From NCBI GenBank assembly GCA_017466695.1, contig JAFTTR010000023.1, forward strand, positions 49,583 through 113,582: a stretch of DNA of 64,000 nucleotides, read 5' to 3'. The position numbers and the translations under genes were made by a program. The DNA is from Alphaproteobacteria bacterium. GTDB taxonomy: Bacteria > Pseudomonadota > Alphaproteobacteria > CAAHEQ01 > UBA3637. Positions 55,796-64,000 of this stretch are shown here, in pieces. The notes under the pieces are model-generated. The model had not been told where the DNA came from, did no database searches, and was given only the letters and a program-made list of their open reading frames with translations. Within the stretch, counting starts at the first letter, position 1; each line of letters opens with the position of its first letter.

Positions 55796-55845
55796 CTTTA
55801 TCTCCTTATAAAAAAAGGTATATCTGATTTCCCATAGGAATGCAA

Positions 55846-57159
55846 TTAAATTTTACTTTTTTTTTGTTTTTTTATTCTTAGCTCATTCCAATAAGAAATA
55901 CGCTTTTTGATTTCTCTTTCAAAACCACGTTCAACAGGCCTATAAAACAAGGGACGTTTCATCCCTTCTGGAAAATAATTTTGACCTGAAAAACTATCTT
56001 CTAAATCAGGGTCATACTGATATCCCTCATTATAACCCAACGAAGCCATTAATTTAGTCGGCGCATTTAAAATATGCTTTGGAGGCATAAATGTCCCCGT
56101 TTCAAGAGCCAACTGCTTAGCTTCATTCCATGCTTTATAAACACCAACAGATTTGGGCGCTGTTGCCAAATAAACAGCCAACGAAGCAACAGCCAAATCC
56201 CCTTCAGGAGACCCCAGTCGTTCATATGCATCCCAAGCACAATGCGCTTGAACCAACGCTAATGGATCGGCAAGACCTATATCTTCGCTTGCAATTCTTG
56301 TTAACCTGCGCAACAAATATTTGACATCCTCCCCTGCTGTTATCATCCGAGCACACCAATAAATAGCCGCATCCGGATCAGATCCTCTAATCGATTTATG
56401 CAGTGCAGAAATTAAATTATAGTGATTTTCTGCATTTTTGTCATAATTTGGAAAACGTTTTTGCAACAAAAGTTCCAAAGCTTCTTTATCTAAAATTTCA
56501 TTTTCAGAAGCATAGGAGTAAACAGCATCCACCAAACTAAAAAAATACCGCCCATCGCCATCTGCGACTGTTTTAATATAATTTCTACCAACTTCATCCA
56601 ATGGTATCGGTTTTTCAAAAGCCTTTTCAGCTTTAAGCAAAAGCTCTTCAAGTGCCTCATCTGTAAGCCGATTTAAAACAAAAACCTTACATCTCGAAAG
56701 CAAAGCTCCATTTAACTCAAATGAAGGATTTTCAGTTGTTGCACCCACCAAAACAACTGTTCCATCTTCAACATAGGGTAAAAAAGCATCTTGTTGCGCC
56801 CGATTAAAACGGTGAATTTCATCAACAAATAACAGTGTTCCCTTCCCCATTTTACGTCTTTGAGTTGCTATTTCAAAAACCTTCCTTAAATCTGCAACTC
56901 CAGAAAAAACAGCAGATAAAGACTCAAAATGTAACTTAACCTCATCAGCTAAAATTCGAGCAATCGTTGTTTTTCCCGTTCCAGGCGGCCCCCACAAAAT
57001 AAATGACGAAACCTTCCCAGAATTTAACATTCGTCTCAATGGACCTTTTTCAGAAAGTAAATGCGCTTGTCCCACAACATCATCCAATGATGCCGGTCTT
57101 AACCTATCTGCTAAGGGCTTTTGAATTCCACCCACTGAAAACAATGTATCTGCTTGCAT
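55846..57159 (-). CDS. rarA: Replication-associated recombination protein A
   Basis: PLADRLRP, GPPGTGKTT, DEIHRFNRAQQD, GATTENPSF, ISALHKSIRGSD, EDIGLADP. Confidence 0.93.
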   Translation of the reverse strand: MQADTLFSVGGIQKPLADRLRPASLDDVVGQAHLLSEKGPLRRMLNSGKVSSFILWGPPGTGKTTIARILADEVKLHFESLSAVFSGVADLRKVFEIATQRRKMGKGTLLFVDEIHRFNRAQQDAFLPYVEDGTVVLVGATTENPSFELNGALLSRCKVFVLNRLTDEALEELLLKAEKAFEKPIPLDEVGRNYIKTVADGDGRYFFSLVDAVYSYASENEILDKEALELLLQKRFPNYDKNAENHYNLISALHKSIRGSDPDAAIYWCARMITAGEDVKYLLRRLTRIASEDIGLADPLALVQAHCAWDAYERLGSPEGDLAVASLAVYLATAPKSVGVYKAWNEAKQLALETGTFMPPKHILNAPTKLMASLGYNEGYQYDPDLEDSFSGQNYFPEGMKRPLFYRPVERGFEREIKKRISYWNELRIKKQKKSKI

Positions 57160-57340
57160 TTAAAACACCTAATTAAAAATATGGGTAAGAATAGCATTTA
57201 TTTGGAAAAAAAACAATGAAAATGTCCCTTTTATATATTTTTTTAATCTTGTAATTTTAAAAAAAATATTATAATATGGAAAATAATAAAACCAGAAGTT
57301 GTATTTATATACTTTTTATCAAACAATTCAAGGAGCATTC

Positions 57341-58129
57341 ATGTTAGAAATAGATAATGATTCTGAAAAAATTTCAACTGATGAAATTAAACAACTCGTT
57401 GAACGTGTTTATACGCTAAATGTCAACCCTTTTGACGCCTTTGTTGGATTTATGATTAAAAAACGGCGTAAACATTTAAACTTAAGCCAACAGCAAGTTG
57501 GTTTCATGTTAGGTGTTACATTCCAACAAATTCAAAAGTATGAAAAAGGGTTCAATCGTATCAGTGCTGAAAGATTATGGGATATTGCTCATTTATTTCA
57601 AACTGAATATGATTATTTTTTCCAAAATATTAACGAATTTTTAAAAGAATTTGATAATCCAAAACTTTTACCTGCTTGTTATAACATTTCTCAAAACCCC
57701 ATCTCATTTGAAGAAGATGATATTCTTAAAATAATGAGTAAATTAGACGCTTTCCATAACAAGACAGAACCTAAAGCGATGCCAGATATTAAAGACATTG
57801 CAAATCAAATTAACGAATTAACAGATTCTGCACATATTGTAGCTTATCTTAAAAACTTTTCAGTTGCTGATTTCAACGCTCAATATGAACGTATTTGTAA
57901 AAAATTACCAAAATCTGAACAAAAGAAATATCAACAAGCCATGCAGTTAAAAAAAGAAACGCCCTATCAACTCACTGAAGAAGAAGCGTTTGAAAAGCTT
58001 TTAAAAGCCCAAGCAAATGTATGTGCTTCAAATGAAAATGAAATTGAAACCATTGTTCAAGAAACAAAAAAGCGTGGATCCAAAGAACCACAATTTAAAA
58101 CCATTCGTTTTATCAAAAAAGAAGGCTAA
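57341..58129 (+). CDS. XRE-family HTH protein with long C-terminal extension
   Basis: VG..IKKRR..LNLSQ..VG..LGVTFQQIQKYEKG.NRISA; AGGAG RBS before ATG 57341. Confidence 0.8.
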   Translation: MLEIDNDSEKISTDEIKQLVERVYTLNVNPFDAFVGFMIKKRRKHLNLSQQQVGFMLGVTFQQIQKYEKGFNRISAERLWDIAHLFQTEYDYFFQNINEFLKEFDNPKLLPACYNISQNPISFEEDDILKIMSKLDAFHNKTEPKAMPDIKDIANQINELTDSAHIVAYLKNFSVADFNAQYERICKKLPKSEQKKYQQAMQLKKETPYQLTEEEAFEKLLKAQANVCASNENEIETIVQETKKRGSKEPQFKTIRFIKKEG

Positions 58130-58213
58130 TTTTTAACTTAATGTTTTACATTAAAATCAAAAAATAACCCTTTGTTAAATATGAATTTTAATTATTAAAT
58201 TATATAAAACAAA

Positions 58214-58257
58214 ATGCGATATGAGTAAGACAAACCACACTTCTTCTCATATCGCAT
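58214..58257. terminator. Hairpin between convergent genes
   Basis: ATGCGATATGAG...CTCATATCGCAT 12-bp perfect stem. Confidence 0.55.
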
Positions 58258-58280
58258 ATTTAAATGGAAAACTTTAATTT

Positions 58281-58583
58281 TTATTCAAAAATATAAAGGC
58301 TGTCAAAACGAGCTGCATACATAACTTCTTTAACCTTACCTTGAGCGCCTTTAATTGAAAGACGAACAGCTTTTGATGAAGCTTCATCGTGCGCAATCAC
58401 AAACATACCCAATGCAGCAGAGTCAATAAAATCACAATCCGTCAAATCAAAAACAATTTTTTCAACATTACCATTCTTAATTAAAGAAATAACTTCAAAA
58501 AATGTATCGTGATCTCTGAATGTAAATGAACCTGTAAAAACGATTTCTTTTCCACCTTCAATATCAATAGATTTATAATTCAT
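58281..58583 (-). CDS. STAS-domain anti-sigma-factor antagonist
   Basis: FDLTDCDFIDSAALG phospho-Ser motif; AGGAGG RBS. Confidence 0.85.
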   Translation of the reverse strand: MNYKSIDIEGGKEIVFTGSFTFRDHDTFFEVISLIKNGNVEKIVFDLTDCDFIDSAALGMFVIAHDEASSKAVRLSIKGAQGKVKEVMYAARFDSLYIFE

Positions 58584-58647
58584 GGCATTACCTCCTTCTT
58601 TTTCTTATTCTGACTTATTTTTTTTCATTCGTCAACATTATTTTAAT

Positions 58648-59373
58648 CTATTTAAGTTTCTTTTTTTGAAAAACAAGATAAATAGGCTTTCTTCCTGCTG
58701 CAATTCCTTTTTTTTCATATCTTGTTGGAACCCAATCTTGTGGGGGCAGAGAAATATCTTCATTCACTTGTTCGAATAAAGAAAGCTCCTCCACTTGCTC
58801 GAGCGTCCATTCAGCATATGCCTGAACATCTGTTGCAACATAAAAACACCCCTCATCATCCAATAGACGATAAAGATGTTGTTGATTTATCTTATTTGTA
58901 AAGCGTCTTTCAGCATGACGTGCTTTTGGCCATGGATCTGGATAAAGCAAAAAGATTTTTTTAAAAATACCATCCTCAAAAAACGGAAATACCTCTCTAA
59001 CATCATCATCCCAAATTCGCACATTATCACTGCGTTCTGGCGCCAAATTTGTATGAGTTGTCTTCCCCTCATGAGAACCATTTAAATGAGCTAATAAAGA
59101 AGCCACACCATTTATAAATGGTTCAGCTGCAAAAAAACCAACATCTTGGTATTTTAAAGAAAGCTCAGCCACATGCTCGCCTCCACCAAAACCAATTTCG
59201 AGCCAATACTCTTTCATTGGATTTGAAAAAAACGTCTTAAAATCAACCTTTTCTTTTTGTGAAAAATCAGGTCTTAACTTCGGCAACAGCTCGTCAATGA
59301 GCTGTTGCTTAGAAGTTTTAATTGTTTTTCCTTTCCGTCTTCCAAAAAAGCGTAATTCTTTTTCGCCTAACAT
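58648..59373 (-). CDS. trmB: tRNA (guanine-N7) methyltransferase
   Basis: FFGRRKG, LEIGFGGGEH, EPF.NG, YPDPWPKARH..RR, ATD, TRYEKK. Confidence 0.92.
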   Translation of the reverse strand: MLGEKELRFFGRRKGKTIKTSKQQLIDELLPKLRPDFSQKEKVDFKTFFSNPMKEYWLEIGFGGGEHVAELSLKYQDVGFFAAEPFINGVASLLAHLNGSHEGKTTHTNLAPERSDNVRIWDDDVREVFPFFEDGIFKKIFLLYPDPWPKARHAERRFTNKINQQHLYRLLDDEGCFYVATDVQAYAEWTLEQVEELSLFEQVNEDISLPPQDWVPTRYEKKGIAAGRKPIYLVFQKKKLK

Positions 59374-59374
59374 A

Positions 59375-61846
59375 TTATTTCTCCGATGATTTAACATGCC
59401 AGATATCTTTGGCATATTCACGTACTGTCCTATCAATAGAGAATTTACCAGAATTTGCGATATTCATCAATGCTTTTTTTGACCACTTGAGTGGATTTAT
59501 GTAATCTGCAAAAATTTGCTCATGTGCTGTGCAATAACTATCAAAGTCTGCCAACAACATATAGTAGTCTTTAAACATAATATTTTGGAAAATTGGAATG
59601 AAAAGATTTTTATCTTCCCCTTGTGTAAACAAGCCAGATGTTAGCGCATCCATAACACGCTTGATAGCCATATTTTCATTATAATAATCCCATGGTTTAT
59701 AATTATCTCCCATATGTTTTTGCCCAACTTCTTCAGCTGTCAAACCAAAGAGATAGAAATTCTCTTTTCCAACTTCTGAAAGAATTTCAACATTAGCACC
59801 ATCCAATGTACCAAGTGTTAAAGCTCCATTCATCATAAATTTCATGTTGCTTGTACCCGAAGCTTCAAAACCAGCTGTTGAAATTTGTTCACTGATATCA
59901 GCACCAGGGAAAACAACTTCAGCAATTGAAACTTTGTAATCTGGGATAAAGACAACTTTTAATTGATCTTTGACACGAGGATCGTTATTCACAACTTTTG
60001 CAACATTATTAATCAATTTAATAACCAATTTTGCAAACTCGTACCCAGGAGCTGCCTTTCCACCAAAGATATAGGTTTTTGGAACTGGCAATGTTAAACC
60101 ATCTTCCACAATACGCAAATATTGATGAATAATATGCAACACATTCAAATGTTGACGTTTATATTCATGAATACGTTTAACTTGGCAGTCAAAAATAGAC
60201 TTTGGAGAAACCTTAACCCCTGTTATGCTATCAATTAAATCTGCAAGTTTTACTTTATTATCATATTTAATTCTATTCAATGAATCCAAAAAAACTTCAT
60301 CTTTTTCAAATTTTTCCAATTTTTTAAGCTCAGACAAATTGGTAATCCATTTATCACCAATACGTTCTGTAATCGCTTGAGACAAGCCACGATTTGAATT
60401 GAGCAACCATCTGCGTGGTGTAACACCATTTGTTTTGTTATTAAAGCGTTCTGGCCACATTTCGTAAAATTCAGGCACTAAATTTGAAACCAACAATTTT
60501 GTATGAATATCAGCAACACCATTAATTGAGTGTGAACACACAATTGCTAAATGAGCCATTCTAATTTGTTTTTGTGGACCTTCTTCAATAATAGATAAAC
60601 GACTTAAACGTCCCACATCTCCTGGATACCTTGTCATCACTTCTTTCATCAAATAATCATTGATTTCATAAATTAAAATCAAATGACGTGGCAAGTGTTT
60701 TTCAAACATAGAAACAGGCCATTTTTCCAAGGCTTCTGGCAACAATGTATGATTTGTATATGCCATTGTTTTAAGAGTAATATCAAAAGCACGTTCCCAA
60801 TCCAAACGATAAACATCAATCAACACACGCATCAATTCAACAATCGCCAATGTTGGATGCGTATCATTTAATTGAATAGCAACTTTTTCAGGCAACAAAT
60901 CAAAATCTGTGTGATTTTCGAGGAAACGTCTCATAATATCATTAATAACGCATGAGGTGAAGAAATATTGTTGCATCAAGCGCAGATATCTTCCCTGCTC
61001 CACAGCATCAGATGGATATAGCACTTTTGAAATTGTTTCAATTTGAATATTTTGTTCAACAGCTTCAACATAGCCCCCACGATTGAATGTTTCTAAATCC
61101 AATGTGTTGGTTGATTTAGCTGCAAACAAACGTAAATAGTTGACCGTTTTTCCACCATAGCCCACAATTGGCATATCATAAGGCACACCTAACAACTGAC
61201 TGGTTCCGACCCAGTGTGGTTCTCTAACACCATTCCGTTCTTCATAAACAACACGGCCACCAATTTGAACCAAGCAAGATCTATCAGCTCTTTCAATTTG
61301 CCATGGAGAAGATCTATCTAACCAAGAATCAGCTCTTTCCTTTTGCCATCCATTTTCAAAATATTGTTTAAACAATCCAAATTGATAGTTAATTCCATAT
61401 CCATAGCCAGGAATACCCAGCGTTGCAATTGCATCTAAAATACAAGCAGCCAAACGACCCAAACCACCATTTCCCAAAGCTGGGTCATATTCTGCATCTA
61501 AAACATCTCTCAACTTAATTGGATTGTCTAATTTAATTTCATCAATTAAATCCATAATTTCAAAGTTAAAAAGATTGTTTGGTAACAAACGGCCCAACAA
61601 ATATTCTAATGACAAATAATAAACACGTTTTGGATCTTCTTTTTCATGACGAGCAGCTGTTTCAAACATACCATCAATACACAAATCACGTACAGCCATT
61701 GCAAGTGCTGTAAACAAATGATCTTTATCTGCCTCACATACACGTTTTGAAAGTGAATATTTAATATGCCATTCAATCAGTTGTTGAAGCTCTTTTGCCG
61801 TTGGTTTTTTGAACTTTGCAACACTAGGTTTTGTCATGCCTACCAT
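59375..61846 (-). CDS. glgP: Glycogen/maltodextrin phosphorylase
   Basis: LGNGGLGRLAAC, QLNDTHP, KTNGVTPRRW, VKRIHEYKRQ, EASGTSNMK (PLP Lys), TLDGANVE. Confidence 0.95.
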   Translation of the reverse strand: MVGMTKPSVAKFKKPTAKELQQLIEWHIKYSLSKRVCEADKDHLFTALAMAVRDLCIDGMFETAARHEKEDPKRVYYLSLEYLLGRLLPNNLFNFEIMDLIDEIKLDNPIKLRDVLDAEYDPALGNGGLGRLAACILDAIATLGIPGYGYGINYQFGLFKQYFENGWQKERADSWLDRSSPWQIERADRSCLVQIGGRVVYEERNGVREPHWVGTSQLLGVPYDMPIVGYGGKTVNYLRLFAAKSTNTLDLETFNRGGYVEAVEQNIQIETISKVLYPSDAVEQGRYLRLMQQYFFTSCVINDIMRRFLENHTDFDLLPEKVAIQLNDTHPTLAIVELMRVLIDVYRLDWERAFDITLKTMAYTNHTLLPEALEKWPVSMFEKHLPRHLILIYEINDYLMKEVMTRYPGDVGRLSRLSIIEEGPQKQIRMAHLAIVCSHSINGVADIHTKLLVSNLVPEFYEMWPERFNNKTNGVTPRRWLLNSNRGLSQAITERIGDKWITNLSELKKLEKFEKDEVFLDSLNRIKYDNKVKLADLIDSITGVKVSPKSIFDCQVKRIHEYKRQHLNVLHIIHQYLRIVEDGLTLPVPKTYIFGGKAAPGYEFAKLVIKLINNVAKVVNNDPRVKDQLKVVFIPDYKVSIAEVVFPGADISEQISTAGFEASGTSNMKFMMNGALTLGTLDGANVEILSEVGKENFYLFGLTAEEVGQKHMGDNYKPWDYYNENMAIKRVMDALTSGLFTQGEDKNLFIPIFQNIMFKDYYMLLADFDSYCTAHEQIFADYINPLKWSKKALMNIANSGKFSIDRTVREYAKDIWHVKSSEK

Positions 61847-61976
61847 TTAACGTCCTTTCTTTGAATTATAAAAAAACACACCTTTTAATTTTGAAAAAGT
61901 TATTTTTTATTATAAAGAGAAAAAGATTAACAGATACTTAACAAAAACGACTTTTTGTATTTTTTAAAGAATATTT

Positions 61977-63053
61977 TCACTTTTGAACTGTTTTTTCAGA
62001 TTCATTTGTTTCACTTAAGCGCATAGAATTGATTGTAACTGATTTATTTTCAATATCTTTTTTCTTTTGACGAGCTCCCTTTTGAACCATACGCCAATGA
62101 CCGACATTTTTCTTATGCGCTTCATATGTTGATGAAAAACTATGTCCACCAGTCCCATTTGCCACAAAATAAATATAATTTGTTTTAGGAGGATTTAACA
62201 CAGCTTCAATTGCCTTTTTCCCTGGATTTGAAATCGCACCAATAGGCAACGCTGGGACAACATAGGTATTATAAGGGCTTTTAATTTTTAAATCTTGATA
62301 GGTTAAGCCTCTTTTTAAATCATATCTTCCCTCAGTTACAGCATATAAAGCTGTTGGATCTGACTGCAATTTCATCCCTTTATTCAATCGATTGATAAAA
62401 GCAGACGCCACCAATGGCAATTCTTTATCCTTTGGAAAACCAGCTTCTTTTTCAACAATTGAAGCTAAAATAACAGCCTCTTTTGCATCTTTAAATGGCA
62501 AATCTTTTAACCTTTTTTCCCACAAAGAAGAAAGAACTCGATCCATCGCCCGTTGCATACGCAAAATCATCCCTTCTTTTGTATCTCCCCAAGAATAATG
62601 ATAGGTATCAGGCAACAGCGTCCCATTACGAGGGACTTGAGGGGTATCTCCTTTTAAGCCTTTTGCTTGATCAACAAGCTCAACAACTTGATGCGAGGTT
62701 AACCCCTCTGGCACAACCAACTTACGAATGTAGGTTTCTCCACTCACCAAGATGGTCATAACCATTTTAGGGCTTGCATGCGCTGGGAAAGAATACTCCC
62801 CAGCTTTGATATCTTTTGTGTGGCCACTAACCCTCACCCCAAGCAAAAAAATAGCAGGAGAGGATATAACCCCTTCCACTTTCAAAAGATTGGCTACCTG
62901 TTTCAACCCCATTCCCTTTGGAATAACAACCTCTTTTCTTGTTTGCAAAATTCCTTCAGAAATAAAGTCATTATAAGTTGTAAAAACACTTCCACCAATA
63001 AAAGAGGCGCCTATAAAAAGCAAAATAAAATAAACAAAAACTCTGTTTCTCAT
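61977..63053 (-). CDS. mltG: Endolytic murein transglycosylase
   Basis: N-terminal TM, IKAGEY, PEG, ILASIVEKE, LQSDPT, SPYNTY, LPIGAISNPG, YFVA.G.GGH.F. Confidence 0.93.
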   Translation of the reverse strand: MRNRVFVYFILLFIGASFIGGSVFTTYNDFISEGILQTRKEVVIPKGMGLKQVANLLKVEGVISSPAIFLLGVRVSGHTKDIKAGEYSFPAHASPKMVMTILVSGETYIRKLVVPEGLTSHQVVELVDQAKGLKGDTPQVPRNGTLLPDTYHYSWGDTKEGMILRMQRAMDRVLSSLWEKRLKDLPFKDAKEAVILASIVEKEAGFPKDKELPLVASAFINRLNKGMKLQSDPTALYAVTEGRYDLKRGLTYQDLKIKSPYNTYVVPALPIGAISNPGKKAIEAVLNPPKTNYIYFVANGTGGHSFSSTYEAHKKNVGHWRMVQKGARQKKKDIENKSVTINSMRLSETNESEKTVQK

Positions 63054-63083
63054 ATACCTTCTCTTTATAAGCGCCTAAAAATA

Positions 63084-64000
63084 TTAAATCTTTTTAAAGA
63101 TTAATGATCCATTTGTACCACCAAAGCCAAATGAGTTAGAAAGAGCAACTTTCACCTCTTTTTCTTTAGCAGTATTTGCAACTAAATCAAATCCTTTTGT
63201 TTCATCTTCTGGGTCAACAAGGTTGATTGTTGGTGGCAAAATACCTGTGTTCATAGCCATAACGGAATAAATAGCTTCAACAGCACCAGCAGCCCCTAAT
63301 AAGTGACCCACACATGATTTTGTTGAACTCATGGAAACATTCGTTCCACCAAAGATACTGTTAACAGCTCTAAATTCAACCATATCACCCAATGGAGTTG
63401 AAGTACCATGCGCATTGATATAATCAACATCTTCAGGGTTCATACCAGCTGATTTCAATGCACCAAGCATAGCACGATATCCCCCATTACCACCAGGAGC
63501 TGTGATATGATAAGCATCCCCTGTCATCGCATAACCAACAACTTCAGCATAAATTTTGGCGCCACGTTTTTTAGCGTGTTCATATTCTTCTAAAACAACA
63601 ACACCAGAACCTTCACCCATGACAAAACCATCACGACCTTTATCCCATGGACGAGAGGCTAACTCAGGTGTTTCATTATAATGTGTCGATAAGGCTTTTG
63701 CTTGAGCAAAACCTGCAATACCAACTTTACAAATAGCAGCTTCAGCACCCCCTGCAACCATGACATCAGCTTCATTATTTTTAATAATACGCATAGCGTC
63801 ACCAATGGCATGTGTTCCTGTTGCACAAGCTGTTACAACAGCATGATTTGGCCCTTTAAACCCATATTTAATTGAAACATGACCTGAAATAAGGTTAATC
63901 AATGCTGAAGGAATAAAGAATGGAGAAATACGGCGAGGACCTTGTTCATTTACCAAAATTGAACCAGCTTCAATAGCTTGCAAACCACCGATACCTGAAC
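63084..64000 (-). CDS. fabF: 3-oxoacyl-ACP synthase II (partial, 5' end beyond window)
   Basis: [44 protein letters not shown]. Confidence 0.95.
   Translation of the reverse strand, partial: SGIGGLQAIEAGSILVNEQGPRRISPFFIPSALINLISGHVSIKYGFKGPNHAVVTACATGTHAIGDAMRIIKNNEADVMVAGGAEAAICKVGIAGFAQAKALSTHYNETPELASRPWDKGRDGFVMGEGSGVVVLEEYEHAKKRGAKIYAEVVGYAMTGDAYHITAPGGNGGYRAMLGALKSAGMNPEDVDYINAHGTSTPLGDMVEFRAVNSIFGGTNVSMSSTKSCVGHLLGAAGAVEAIYSVMAMNTGILPPTINLVDPEDETKGFDLVANTAKEKEVKVALSNSFGFGGTNGSLIFKKI

Noticed and set aside
1670-62976. Numerous 60-170 aa ORFs in the six-frame track overlapping larger genes (e.g. 13634-14146, 29722-30036, 47266-47646, 47979-48368, 48886-49302, 62778-63104)
   Set aside because: They are antisense or out-of-frame shadows of well-supported genes, with no RBS or motifs. 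Their composition mirrors the codon bias or low complexity of the real gene.
1-64000. TTAA-N7-TTAA CtrA-box-like strings
   Set aside because: They are expected by chance in such AT-rich DNA and cannot be supported without enrichment analysis.

Overview
AT-rich (about one-third GC, by eye) chromosomal segment of an alphaproteobacterium. Diagnostic genes are a CckA-type hybrid kinase, a TIGR02300 protein divergent from cmk-rpsA, the rnd-kdsD-lpt operon and fabF-mltG. The lineage is probably host-associated and fermentative (ATP-Pfk and glycogen phosphorylase present; aroA, aroQ and rpoN absent from their usual positions; inference). Housekeeping genes are interspersed with accessory loci. (1) A 926-aa autotransporter whose promoter lies inside a 275-bp element bounded by perfect 25-bp inverted repeats (11195-11219 / 11445-11469), a candidate invertible phase-variable switch. 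(2) A 2.8-kaa modular autotransporter sharing the same ~95-bp promoter module and an unusual N-terminal leader motif. (3) A tightly coupled 7-gene sulfation-like operon with two arylsulfate sulfotransferases, TauE/SafE, CysD, and a CysN carrying an eroded APS-kinase remnant. (4) A natural LptC-LptA fusion. (5) A signal-less lysozyme plus amidase two-domain protein with a long charged tail. (6) A 770-aa orphan with a phage-like domain and LRR-like repeats. No tRNA, rRNA, CRISPR array, transposase or recombinase was recognised. All family assignments come from motif recognition by eye; no database search was run.
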